DNA of 62,014 nt from Guillardia theta CCMP2712 (Eukaryota > Protista > Cryptophyta), in the NCBI RefSeq assembly GCF_000315625.1, contig NW_005434448.1, forward strand, positions 1-62,014, read 5' to 3'. Position 1 is the first letter of the stretch. Each line of letters begins with the position of its first letter. The notes beneath the pieces are model-generated. The model made no database searches. It was not told where the DNA came from and was given only the letters and a program-made list of their open reading frames with translations. The position numbers and the translations under genes were made by a program. Below are positions 32,323 to 51,906 of this stretch, one piece after another.

Positions 32323-34782
32323 GGCTCATGAGGGCCTCAAGATGCCATACCGTCACAGACCTCCCTCTGTCCATGTCGAGCATCTCCCTGCTGGCAGGTA
32401 CGGCGCCGTCCCCTCCACACGAGAGGACGTGATCGACCCCGGGTCCATCGACGGGAGCGAAGGTCATCCAGGCATCATCCATGACGTACATCACGCGTCC
32501 AAGGTGTATCAGTCAGTGTCGGAGGGACTCTATGGCACCGAGAACTACAGCATCGCCCTCTGCTGCTTGTTCGCACTCCTGGCTATTGTCCAGTTGGGCA
32601 TCGCCGCCAACATTCTGTTCCGCTATGCGCCTGCTCTCGCTCGCATGCTGGGGCCTGTCGCAGGGAACTGGACCCGATCGAAGGCGCAGTGGATATCAGC
32701 GCTGGTGCCCGCCTCGGTAGCTCGATGCTGTGCGTTGCTGCTGCTGATTGCAGACTTGCGTGCTAAGGTAAGGAGGGGGAGGGGAGGAGGGGGAAGGGAG
32801 GAGGGGAAGGAAGATGAGATGTGGAGCAGGAAGGGATGAGGGGGAGGGAGAGGGAAAGAGGGATGGAGTGAGGGTGAGAGGGGGAAGGGGAGGGAGGGAG
32901 GGAGGGAGGGAGGGAGGGAGGGAGGGACGAGGGGGAGGGAGCGATTGGCGGGAGCTTACAGGAAAGAGAAGCAAGGGACGCTAACCATTATGGTGTGATA
33001 GGCGGATGGAGCTGGACCTTGGGATATCTCGTTTATGTTTGAGATGTCGTCGTTTTTCGATGCAGTTTCTTCATGGTTGTTCTACACGATCAAGGTGAGG
33101 CAGTTGTTGTTCGGAGTTGAGCTTTGCTGCTCGTTGACTGTGAGAAGAGGAGAGATGAGATGAGATGAGATGAGATGAGATGAGATGAGATGAGATGTGG
33201 TGTGATACTTGTAATGCTTTTATGAAAAGGTTGCAGCCATATCAACATGGCTGGCATATCGAGGAGGGAAAGGAGCTCAATGCAAACATTATTTGTGCTG
33301 CAGCACAGTAGCGTCGGTCATGTTGGCAGGTGAAGTGTCTCGACACGTGTTAGTGATGCAGTGAAGAAAGAATCTTGATGTGCGAGATGATTGTTGTATC
33401 GGATGAGAGTGAAATCCGTTGATCCTTGACAATCAGTCGCTCTTGCCGTCACAGTCACACTGAGCCTCAATTACGGAGCTCTTTGCCTTCAGGTTTTGTT
33501 TCGATCCCTTTGAACTCCCCTAACTTCCGTCCGCTAGACTCGTTCTATCAAGATCTGCGAAGAGCGACAGTCTTGGTTGGTCCTCTCAAGACGATCGAAG
33601 GTTGAGAATGTGAATGTCTGTATGTTCAGGTACAACACATTCCACGTCATCATGGTCATAATATCCGTCGGATCTTGCTTTATCTTCACCGTGCTCATTG
33701 CGCAAACAACAACTTGCCCGTGCATGTAAGTTTCTTGTCGAACAATCCTTCATTTTTTCCTCGCTCTCAACTTTCCTTCCTTGCTTCTCCTCTCCTTCTC
33801 TCTGGCATCTTGTACCTCCTTACACCAACCCCATCCAACCATGCCTCCTTCAATGCGCCTCTGTCACTTTCCCTGCCTTCATCTCTGCATGTCAAAGTGA
33901 TGGAAGATGTTTGTCGAACTTGCACAGAACAAGCAGGGAGTTTGACGACTCTGATGTGGAACGAGACAAGTTCTTGTGGAGCTCTGGGGATGCGGTAAGA
34001 ACGTCTACAACCAAGGGTTCATGTACTCTGATCATCACCACCATGATCATCCTCTTTATTCCTTTTCTCGACTCACGTTCATCAATCTTCCTGCTCCTGC
34101 TCCTGCTCCTGCTCCTCCTGCTCCCCTTCCCCTCCCCTTCCTGTTCCTCCTGTTCCTCCTCAACTTCCACCACTTCCACCTACTCCAGTTTCTCCCTTCT
34201 GCTTCTTCTTCTCCTCCTTGTACTCCTTTCCTCCTTCTTGTCCTCCGCTCCTCCCTGAAACCTCTTGTCCTCCTCTCAAGTCTCTCCTTTCCATACCTCT
34301 TCTATCTCCCTTTCCTCCTCCTCCTCGATTAACTTGTCATCATGACCAGGAATCCATCAACGAGACTAGGATGGAGCAGAGGCTGCGGCAGGAAGGGNNN
34401 NNNNNNNNNNNNNNNNNNNNNNNNNNNNNNNNNNNNNNNNNNNNNNNNNNNNNNNNNNNNNNNNNNNNNNNNNNNNNNNNNNNNNNNNNNNNNNNNNAGG
34501 ACGAGGAGGAGGAGGAGGACGAGGAGGACGAGGAGGACGAGGAGGGAGGGAGGGGAGGGGGGAGAAGCGGAGGAGAAGCGGAGGAGAAGCGGAGGAGAAG
34601 CGGAGGAGAAGCGGAGGAGAAGCGGAGGAGAAGCGGAGGAGAAGGGGGTTGGGATAGAAGCAGGTGTTGGCAGGGAAGTAGGAGGGAAAGGGATCAGCCA
34701 TGGGATGTAGGATAGCGAAGCGACCTTCCTCCTCTTGAGCATCCGACATGTCGGGGGAAGGTTGATACACTTGCTGCTGTAG
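32323..34782 (+). CDS. Multi-pass membrane protein of unknown function; 5' part probably before or within the gap 31721-32087
   Basis: Series of GT-AG-bounded exons encoding hydrophobic helices (YSIALCCLFALLAIVQLGIAANILF; VARCCALLLLIA; FHVIMVIISVGSCFIFTVLIA). No family recognised. Confidence 0.45.
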
Positions 34783-35273
34783 CTGGAGGAGGGGAGATGC
34801 GTTGGAAGGCGAACGAGATGGCTGCATGGCTGGTGGTGGGAGGAGGAAGCAGGAGGAGAGGAGAGGAGAGGAGAGGAGGAGCAAGAGGAGCAGGAGCATC
34901 CTGCCAAGGGAGGGAACCTGGGAGGGAACAGGAGGGAGAATAATCCACCTGAGGCGGAGTCACTAGGAGGAAGAGACATGGCAGATTGCGAGAGCAGGAG
35001 CAGCAGGAGCAGGAGAGCAGGAGAGCAGGAGAGCAGGAGAGCAGGAGAGCAGGAGAGCAGGAGATCAGGAGAGCAGGGGAGCAGGAGCAGGCACAAGAGC
35101 AGCAGCAGCAGGAGCAGAGGGAGCATGTTGGCGATGAGCATTCATTGCGACGACGAGCGCCAAAATCGAGCATGTAGCAGGAACAGGAGGCGAAGCACAG
35201 CATCTTCACTGGCTACCGTCAGCGCTAACGACATGCCAGCAGGCGATGACGTTATGGTAACGTTAGCAGCAGC

Positions 35274-36324
35274 ATGAGCGACGTTGAGATCCTCCTCGTG
35301 TCCCTTAGCGAGGCAGCAAAGAATGGGAATGTGGACAAGCTGAAGGAGGTGTTGGCCGTGTGCTCGCAGGAGCTGGTGAACGACTCGTCTGCTTCTTCCT
35401 CCGGTTATACGCCACTGCATTACGGTAAGATATGGCAAGACGCCTTTACTCTTGTTGCTTCTTCTCGTCCTTCTCCTCCTCCTCGTCCTTCTCCTCCTTG
35501 TCGTCGCCTCCTCGTTGTCCTCTTCATCTTCGTCGCCGCTCTCCTCCTCCTCCCTATCGTTCACATCCTCGTCATCCTCCTCGCCATTCTCCTCCTCCTA
35601 CCTCCTCCTCCTCCTCCTCTCCGTCCCCTTCTTTTCTCTCTTCTCACCGATACCTCAGCTGCATGGAACGGCATGGGGAAGAGCGTCGAGCTCCTGGCAG
35701 CCGCTAAGGCGGACGTGAACGCGGCAGACAAGTACGGCAGAACTCCATTGCACCTCGCAGCTCGGATGGGAATGATAGCAGTGATAGGTGAGATAACGAG
35801 GGAAGGAACCACCCCTGCCTCCTCCCTCCTCCGCCTTCTCCCTCCTTCCTGCCCCATCCCTCGCTTCTCTCCCCTCTCTCCTCCCTCCACCCTCCTTTCT
35901 TCTTACTCCCTCCCTTTTACCTCCTTCCTCCATCAACCATCCTCTATCCTCCCTCCTCAATTTCCTCTCCTCCTCCCTCCTCCCTCCTCCCTCCTCCCTC
36001 CTCCCTCCTCCCTCCTCCCTCCTCTCTCCTCCCTCCTCCCTCCTCCCTCCTCCCTCCTCCTCTCCTCCCTCCTTCCTCCTCTCCTCTTGCCTCCCCTCTT
36101 GTGTTCGTATCTCTCTCTATCCTGTGTCTTGCTGGACTCCTTAAGTTCCTTCGCACTTGTTTGTACTTCATCCCTCCTCCTCTCCCCCATCCTCCCTCTT
36201 CCTCCTCCTCCCTCAAGCCATCGTCGCAGGTGCGGAGAAGACTGAGGCAGACAACATCAGCTGTACAGGAGGAATCGACCAAGAAATTCTCTCGGTTTTC
36301 ATCGCTGACAGATCAATATTCTGA
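35274..36324 (+). CDS. Small ankyrin-repeat protein
   Basis: LSEAAKNGNVD, GYTPLHY|AAWNG across an intron (~35425-35658), and ADVNAADKYGRTPLHLAARMG. Last exon is uncertain. Confidence 0.75.
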
Positions 36325-36958
36325 ACTGGAAGTTCTCTATCAAGACTGAACCCAAATTGACACTCCTTCACACGTGGTGTGCTGCTGCAAAGGACTCTAG
36401 CAGGGATTGCTGGGATGGTTTGATATTGCTGTCGGTAACGAGGAGTTTTGACTTGTTCTTATACATCTGTGAGCTACGAACTGCAAAAAGACGAACTAAC
36501 TTATTCTTTGATAAATTCCAATCTTTTCCCAGTTACCGGAAGATCTATCAGAATCGTTTGCTCCTGCTACTCTTCAATTCTCATACCTTCTCCCTTCCAT
36601 CCTTCCTGTGCTCCTCCTCCTCCTCCTCCTCCTCCTCCTCCCCCTTCCTCTCTCCTCCTCCTCCTCCTCCTCCTCCTCCTCCTCCTCCTCCTCCTCCGGA
36701 GCCTGCTCCTGCTCCCGCTCCCGCTCCTGATCCTGCTCCCGCTCCTGCTCCGGAGCTGCTCTAAGCAATGGTCCTGCTCCTTCCTGTACCCCTGAAAGTC
36801 TTCACCCCCCTTCGAATGCACCCCACCCCACCTTATTCAATTTTTCCATTGATCACCCAATATCTAACGTAGTACTTTTGGGGTAGTAGTATGCCCTTTT
36901 TACATAGTACCCTCATTCTTCAACCCTACCCCTATCAATTCTCATCGGCCCCCGAAAA

Positions 36959-38738
<1,780 letters not shown>

Positions 38739-39129
38739 GTGATGAGATCGAAAAGAAACATATGATGTTCATTACCAAGTTTGGTCTTGTGTTGATTTCT
38801 GACTCATCATTGATTCTGTGATATTCAAAGTTCATGCAGTGAATGTCTTGCTTGCCGTTTGGACCACCCAGTTTTAACATCTTTGAGAACTTCTTGTTTG
38901 AGATCGTTGTGTGAATTGTGCAGCATCTCCTCTGCTCCAACAAACATAAACATCTTTCCTTCATCTTGATTCACTCGATCGTTTTTGTCTTTTCNNNNNN
39001 NNNNNNNNNNNNNNNNNNNNNNNNNNNNNNNNNNNNNNNNNNNNNNNNNNNNNNNNNNNNNNNNNNNNNNNNNNNNNNNNNNNNNNNNNNNNNNNNNNNN
39101 NNNNNNNNNNNNNNNNCAGAATGACGAAG

Positions 39130-44005
<4,876 letters not shown>

Positions 44006-44251
44006 GACGCTTCCTTGTCACATCTCCCGCTGATCTGGGGAGCGTGAAACATGAGAAACATTGACAGGTTTGTTGCCATGAACATTGTGCGCTCCTGGAC
44101 ATGGCAATTCTACAATTTCATCTCTAGTCTTATTTTGGTAAACCTTTTGCTTTCTTGCTGAAATGGCAATTGCTTCTGATTGAAATGAGAGAGATTGATC
44201 ATGAAAGCTCAATCATAGAAAGCTCATTCTCCGCACTCGTTTCTTTTGTTT

Positions 44252-44361
<110 letters not shown>

Positions 44362-45513
44362 TTGATTTGCATTCCTGGTGCAACTGCTCCTTCTCTCCTG
44401 CTTGTATTCATCCTTCTTCTCAACCTCATTTCTCTCCTCCTTCTCCTCAGCCCGATGTATGTCCTGAGTCTTCCTTTCGTTCCTAATCGCCTCTCCCTCC
44501 CTCCCCTCCCCTCCCCTCCCCTCCCTCCCTCCCTCCCTCCTCTATGTTGTTTTTAAAAAATTTCTACACGCCAATTCGGTTGCTCCACCTACCCTATGGT
44601 TCAACTTCAAAATTCTGGTATGACCCCCTTTTGTCCCACACCCTACCCACTACAGTTCCTGGTAATGATTGGACTGAGATAGGGTACAAATATAACCCCT
44701 ACCCCTCACCTATCCATCACCTCTTCTCCCTACCTCGCGATGTAGCCGCTCCCCCGAGCCTGCAGAATCATGGGCCATGGCATGTCGACCTGAGCAACGC
44801 GACTCCATCACCAGCTCGGCACCCAGCAAGCCCTTCCCCTGCCTCTCAGCAGCTATGCAGCGCATCTCTACCCGCCAGCGACAGCAAGCCAGCCCTCGGG
44901 TCTGCTGCCTTCGGAGCAGCAACGAAATCAGGGGCGAGGTAGTGTACTGGACGATGAGGGCTCGTCGACCAGCCCTCAGCACCTGCAGCTCTCTGGACGA
45001 TCAGCTCCAAGGACAGAACGTGAGGTAGGCTGGTATCTGAATATACGGTGCATTGGTTCGTGATCGTTCAATGGTGAGTAAGGAGTAAGGCGAGCCGAAG
45101 CAGCTGTCTTGCAGATCGACGTCCTGCTGCGTCTGCCATAAGGTCAGCCGCTCGAAATCCGATGGGATAGCCTGCCCTTCGAACAGCGATAGCGTGTCTT
45201 ATCACCTTCAATGAGGACAACCGAAGTTCAGCAGACTCGTGGAGGTATCAAGGAAAGTTTGTCAAGGTCATGTTGTGTAGTCAACACACACACCGGCGAC
45301 TTCACGAGAAGGGTAGAGATGCGACAAGACTGAGATCAAAAAAGTAGAAATCTCTCAGTTCACCTGAGGTAAACTACACACAAACATCACTCTCTTCTCT
45401 TTTCCCCTCCCCGCCTTCCTATCAGCTTGCGCTCCCAAGCTCATCGAACGACAACAGCCCTTTCAAGAGGACGATTGACTCAGCCCTGTCTTGTCCCTCC
45501 CCCTCTTCTTGCG

Positions 45514-45624
<111 letters not shown>

Positions 45625-45628
45625 TTCC

Positions 45629-46066
45629 CTCAGCGTCATCTGACAAGGGCGAAGGCTCGACCTGAGGAAGCAGACGAGGCGGGGGTTTACAAGGCTGTAG
45701 GAGAGCAGCACGTAGCGCGAAGTAGAAGCTCCAGTCGATGATCTCAGAGTAGAAGAGCAGGAGGGCAGCCGGCGACCGCGTCTGCCTGCTGCTGCCATGG
45801 CAGGGACGGAGAGCGTCGATATGCATGTCGAGCCTGCAGCAGCGGCTGGAAGCGACAAGGTCAGAGCCCAGCTGGAGACGGAGGTCAGCCGTGGAGGTAT
45901 TGGCTTCTGAGCTAGTTTACTGACGGTTGGGTACAATCTGTGCTGATGGGTCTAGCTAGCGTCATCAGTGAGGCAGCGGCTGACACTAACCTTCTCCCAC
46001 GATCACATGCAGCACAGCCCCCTCCTGCTCTCGCTCGTCCTCCTTCCCATCGTTGACTTCATCCCC
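45629..46066 (-). repeat. Dispersed duplication, copy 2 (inverted fragment of the LRR gene 3' end)
   Basis: Reverse complement begins ggggatgaagtcaacgatgggaaggagga..gtgggagaaggttag, as at 25020-25100, and similarity continues about 350 nt past the stop. Confidence 0.93.
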
Positions 46067-46220
46067 AAACAGCAAACACACATGTTGTGAAGGCAAAGAA
46101 AACCCAACAGTAGTGTATCACACTCAAACATACCATCAATAAACTACAACCAGCAATAAAAACATAACTCATCTCTCCTCTTCCGTTGATAAATTGAAGA
46201 CATCCTCTTCTATCCTCAGA

Positions 46221-49200
46221 TTATAAACCCAGGTTTTTGAGCTTCTGAATGATCTGCCGCTTCGTCCTCATCGCCTCCTCCCAGCCCTTCCTCTCCCCCT
46301 TCACGTCCTCTGTCCTGATGTCGTAGTACGTGGCCGACAGCCGCTCCTCCGGCTCCAGGAACTTGTTGGACGTCTTGAAGGAGCTCCCCGTCCTGCACAA
46401 GGACACATCGCCCATGAAGAACCGCGACAGCCTCCAGCTCTTGATGAACATCCGCCGCTCATGCCGAAGCACCAGGTCCGCGAACGGGAAGAACCAGATC
46501 CTGTGGACGTCGTGCGAGTCGATCTCGTAGCTGCGGTTCATCATGGCGATGATCAGGTTGAGGAGGAGCAGCTCCGAGAGGATCGACCATGAGATGAGCA
46601 GCATGAAGGAGAGCGTCGGGTTGACAGATGCGAGGAGCAGCTGGGTGGAGAAGACGTAGTCGTCTCCGAGAGAGTTCCAGGTCAGCTGGAGGAAGCTGGC
46701 CCCCGGGGTCGTGAGGTAGTTGAAGAACCTCGTGCTGTTGTTGTCCTCGTACAGCTTCTGCACGTCTGCGGTCTGCAGCATGGTGTACAAGGCGAGGCTG
46801 AACCCGGTCAGCGTGACCCCGTAGATGACGCAGTAGAGGCTCACGTCCTGTAGGAGAATGTCGTAGATCATGATCATGATCGTTCCCACCCGCTTGATCG
46901 GCAGCAGCAGGTGGAGCAGCAGCGAGAATACCAGCACCGTCGACATCGCCAGCAGCAGCACGTCGGCAGCCGTGTCCGTAGGAGCGTGTATTGGGATGCA
47001 GAAGACCAAGACGGCAGTGAGGATGGAGAGGATGGAGGAGATATTCTTCTGCAGCAGCTTCTTGAAATCCATCCTCTTGTACCTCTCCGAGGGGTTCCTG
47101 TCGGTCTGCTTGAGGTGTCGATGGGTCCAGCCGAAAAATAAGAGCCATACCCCCAATGCCTTCACCAAGACGTTCAGCGCAAGAGTCCACGAGTGGAGCG
47201 AGTGTAGCTCAGGTCCCTGCTGCTTCTGATCCCACTGCTTCACCTTGAGGACGAGGAGCGCGACGAAGGCGACCAGGAACAAGGAGAAAGGCAGGGCCGT
47301 GTCGATCAAGTAGATGCGACGACCGAAGCGCTTCCACTTGGTCTCGATGAGCCGGTTGATGAAGGGATCGTTGACAAACTCCTCCACCTCATGCTCTACT
47401 ATCACTTCCAGAGCGCTCCTCCACTTGGGGTGCGAGTGCATGCGCGTCTTCTCGGCCGCAGCCGGCCACCACCAGCGTAGAGACAGGGCTGCCTTGCTTG
47501 TCGTTTGCTCCTTCTGCTCCTGCTCCTCCTCCTTCTCCTTTTCGTTCTTCACCTCCTTCTTCTCCCTTCTGAACGAGTCGATCTGGTCCAGACTCACCTG
47601 GGTCCGCTGCTTCGACCCGAATGCCCACAGAATCGTTTTCATGTATCGCTCCAGGATGAAGTAGAACGTGTCCACGTCCCCATGCCGGGCTGCGAGCGTA
47701 AGCGGGGTGTAGCCGTCCTTGTTCAGCATGGTCAGCAGCGTCTCTGCCTCTTCCTCTGCCTCTTCCTCTGCCTCTTCCCCTGCCTCTTCCTCTGCCTCTT
47801 CCTCTGCCTCGCCCATGCTGCTTCGAGAGGTCTTGCTCCCGTCGCCTCCAGTCATGTCCCGCAGGATGTTATCGATACGCTTTTCCGCCTCGATCAAGCA
47901 CGATATGACCTCGTGATGTCCGTGCAGTGTAGCTATGTGCAGAGCCGTGTTGCCGAACTCGTCCGCGGCATGCAAGATGCTCTTCAAGTCTTGTGCGTTT
48001 ATCTGAGCTTCGTTGAGCCATTCAGGAGCAAGCACGTGCTTTAGCATCAGACAAATCCCTTGCCAGCCGTCAAGAGTTTGCAAGCAATCACACTTGCTTT
48101 CCTTATGACTGACCAGCTGACTGTAGACAAAGTCAAGGATGGCCTTGCACACATCCTCGTTGCCTGTGCTGGCAGCAAACGACAGCGGATACTGTCCCCA
48201 GTACTTGTGAGACCCGGTGGAGGAGTCCTTGTTGTCTTCGAGCTTCGATAGGGCTACAGGCTTCCGGTCGGTGCCAATGGGCTCGTCGGTCAGATATGCT
48301 CTGAGCAAGCCGAGCCGGGAGACATCGACATCGGTCTTGATGAGCGAAGGGAGGAAGAAGTCTCCGATCGCCCTCCGGTGTAGGATGAGATCACTCTCTG
48401 TGACTTTGGACTTGTTGTGGTCGCTGCTGGGTTTCGGATACAAGATCCACTTTACCATCCCACATACACCGCCAAAGCAAGCTTGTGTCCTGCTGCTCTT
48501 CACCTGGCCCTTCGCTTCTTCACCCTGGCCCTTCGCTTCTCCGTCCTCGCCCTTCGCTTCTTTGCCCTCGCTCTGAGCGACTTCGTTTGATGGCTTCGAC
48601 GTTCGTTTTGGCGGTGCAGTAGCGTATCTTTCAAGCAGCCATTCCACAGTCTCCTTATCCTCGTTGGCGATGCATATGTGGAGGATGGTCTCACCTGTGT
48701 ACAAGCCGCGAGTGGCTGCAAACTTGCCGTCTTTCTGCCAACGTTGGAACTCGCTTTCATAGCCAAGCAGCACCTGCTTTTCCGAGAACCAATTGGCTTC
48801 CAGAAGCTTTGTTGCGAGTCTCAGCATAGATCGTACATTGTCTTCGCTGGTGTATGCGAGGAGGAAAGCGATGTGGACAACGGAGTCACCCATGGGACCG
48901 ATCGGGATTCCAAATGTTGTATGATCGTTGATGCGCTGTTTGAGGCTTGTCAAGTTGGTTTCTACCCAGTCGTCCAGTTGAACGGAGGACAGCTCCTTCG
49001 CTTTGCTGAGATCTGAAAAGAATTTCCACAAGTCTGTTTCAACTTGCAGCTTCGTGTGTAAGCTTCGTATCGATGAAACATCTGACAAACGTCTCGAAGT
49101 TATGATGCTTGTAAGAGTTTCCTGTTTCCTGTCATTGTTCCCCCTCACACCATCGTTCTGCTTCGGTTTCGCACTTTCTCCTATGAGTTTTGCTGCTGGT

Positions 49201-49418
49201 GCGAAAACTTCGATGTAATACTGGTCCTTGTTGTCATTGCTTCCATTGTTGTCCACCCTACGTTCAGCCCCCTCGTGTTGTTCACCGATTTCTCTATGGT
49301 CTCCTACCTCCATAGGTTGTGAAACTATCACGACTCACTTGGATTTTTCTTCCGAGTGTTGCTTCACAGTGTCCTGTCCTTCCTCCTGCGAACTCTGAAC
49401 GTCCTCATATCTCTTCAT
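46221..49418 (-). CDS. TRPV-like ankyrin-repeat cation channel, copy A
   Basis: Ankyrin motifs YTGETILHICIAN, YWGQYPLSFAASTG, FGNTALHIA, GYTPLTLAA; pre-S1 LIETKWKRFG; six TM helices; pore LTWNSLGDD; S6/TRP helix LLNLIIAMMNRSY..IWFFPFADLVL. Probable first exon ATG 49418 with a ~45-nt intron (~49295-49339) that joins in phase. Confidence 0.9.
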
Positions 49419-49736
49419 ACGACCTTGTCCCCTCGCTTCTGCTCTTCCCCCGCCTCCTCTACCTAGCAGTTGCTGTCAGTTCTTTGCTGTGTTGAACGAA
49501 CCAAAGTCGAAATAAAAAAGAAAGAAGGACAGTTGTCCTTCCTTGGCTGCACCCCTACCCATCCTTTTCTAAGATCAACTCTGTCCTTAGTAGCAAGTAC
49601 CCCTCCATTTACATCCTTATGAAGAATGAAACACCACCTTGTTCTTCTCTACACCTCCCTACCCCATCGTCTCTGCAAATAGGGCTGCGGTGTCCTACCC
49701 GACATGCAGCACTTCCTACCGGTGCAGGTTGGGGCG

Positions 49737-51355
49737 ATGAGGAACGTGGCGCTCATGCTTGCGGTACTTTGCATGCAGCAGAGCGAGTCACAAGATCCGA
49801 AGAGGTGAAGAGAAGGAGCACGCCTTCCTCAACTCGTCACCATGCTGACCTCGTTGTTTCCAGCATCATCTCCACTTGGATCAGGGGTCCCAAGAGCAGG
49901 ATGAAGAGTGAAGAGAACCATCTTGATTTCGATGCGTCCAAAAGCTCATCCTTCCACCTCTCACCACATAGATTCTCTGTGAAGCATCAACTTTCCATGT
50001 AAGAGGTTGTCTGGATCAGCCCCTCACGACTGATTTCCTACGACAGGGCTTTTCCCAAGTTGTTCATCGGACTCGATGTTGTCCGTTTGGGCCCTTGCGA
50101 CGTTACGAGCCCTTTCGCCATCATCAAAGTTTCGGACGAGCACGATGTTCAGAACTGCAATGGCATCCTCGGCCTTGGCTACTCTGACAGGACTGGTAGC
50201 CTCTCCTTTCTAAGGACGTTAATGTCAACTGCCAGACCGAGTTGGCACGTAGAGCAGGGGGAGGACGCCGTTCTGATGTCAAACAGGAAGTTTGCTTTCT
50301 TGGCGAATGACAAGGCTGGAGAGCTTCAGCTCGGGGGCTACGATGAATCTTCTGTGGCAGATCCTGTCTTCTTCACCCCAATGTTGAACTCGAGCGGGTA
50401 CGCGGCGCATGTCCTGTCGTTGAGGTACAACGGGGTCGAGCTGCTGCGGAGCAGCTCAAGTGATCAGCGCTATGTCATCATCCCCGACACAAGTGCAAGT
50501 TGCATCATGCTACCAAGTGTTAGCCCAACGGGCTCCTCGCCGTCCGTCTATTCAAGTTTCCTCGCCGAGTACGACAGCAACCCGAGCGGGGAGTTTGAGT
50601 TCACAGTGGGGGGGCTGGCAACGCAGGAAGGGAGAGGAAGCGGGCTGAATGGATACATGCAGAACACCACGTACAAGTTTCTCATCCCCCCTTCCAAGTG
50701 GAAGCCTCCCAGCGGGTGTGTGGAACCCTCGAAAAGTGCGAGCAGGATTGTGTTTGGTGATCCCATCTTTCGCTCGCTCATGGTAGTGTTCGATCTTGAA
50801 GGCCCGGTCTACAAGCTCGGTTTCGCAGCCATTCGACACGGGTACAGCATCGGGAAAGCTCCAATGAATCCCTGGAAATCAAGAAATCGAGAGTTCCACA
50901 AGATAACCGCTTTTCGCCATAGGGTCCGTCGGGGCAGCCCGCAGTCGCTGAGCAGAGGAAATTTCACCTCCGACGCGAGGTCAAGTCTGAGCTCCTCAGG
51001 GAGCGATCTAATAGGGGATCATGAGGTAAGGTACCTCCTCCACCTGGGCGTGGGGACGCCGATGCAGACAGTCCGAGTGATTCTTGATACGAGCACCTCC
51101 CTACTCTCTCTCTTCTCCAAGTCATGGTCCTTGGATCAGGGTAGCAACGGGCTCTACGACGCGTTCAACGAGCTCAAGGTCGGGACGAGTGCGAAATGGG
51201 CCTGGGTGGGCCTTGGGTTCCTAGGAGTCATCCTGGTAGCTGTGTTCCTACCCATCTGTGCCAGGAGGATGAAGCGGAGCCCGGCCAACCAGTCTGCTTC
51301 TGGAAAGAAGTACTACACTGCTCCCGTCTGCCCTGGCTCAGGTATGTGGGCCTGA
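49737..51355 (+). CDS. Membrane-anchored pepsin-like (A1) aspartic protease homologue with permuted motif order
   Basis: Signal peptide MRNVALMLAVLCMQQSES on a short first exon, three small introns before ~50047. Motifs NGILGLG, GELQLGGYD, IIPDTSAS, IVFGDPIF..VVFD..KLGFA, then YLLHLGVGTPMQTVRVILDTSTS and a C-terminal TM helix. Confidence 0.8.
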
Positions 51356-51906
51356 GTACAGCCACAGAGGGTAAATAATAAACGAGGGTAGATGATAACT
51401 GAGGGTCAACAATAAACGAGCTTCATTTCCTTGAACATCGCCCCAGGAATCCTCACAGTCGGACTAGCAGGCAGGCAACTGAAGTGGGTTCCAATACTCC
51501 CACGTTGTTCCTGACGGTTGTGCGCAAGCTGTGAGGAAAGCATGACTGATCAGTGGGGACGGTGGGCTACGGAAGTCAACTGCTCGATCGGACGGCTGAT
51601 AAGGCTGCTGCTGCTGTGCTGTGCTGCAGCCTCCGTTGGTCGATCACGACAAGAAGCTTCTGAGCTGACACTGAGAGGCTGCAATCAAGGAAGCGGAGAT
51701 CGAAGTCATAAGTTGTAGTCTGCGCGGTGGGTGGGCGGGGCCAGTGTCACAAGTTGTTTTGCGGAGCAGCAACACTGCTGACAGAGTGGCCCGGCCGGCC
51801 GGGCCCCGGTGCCGCCCGTCACAGTGCTCGCCATATTCCATGACCTACTAGGCTCAGAGCCAAAGTCCAGGCGACTCCATGCACAGAGCTAGCAACGGAA
51901 AGAAAG

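Noticed and set aside
44640-44710. CCCTA-containing words as interstitial telomere repeats
   Set aside because: Not tandem and not a constant unit; treated instead as a dispersed upstream motif.
44770-45400. Possible small gene on the plus strand
   Set aside because: Only short ORFs with no recognisable motif or convincing exon chain.
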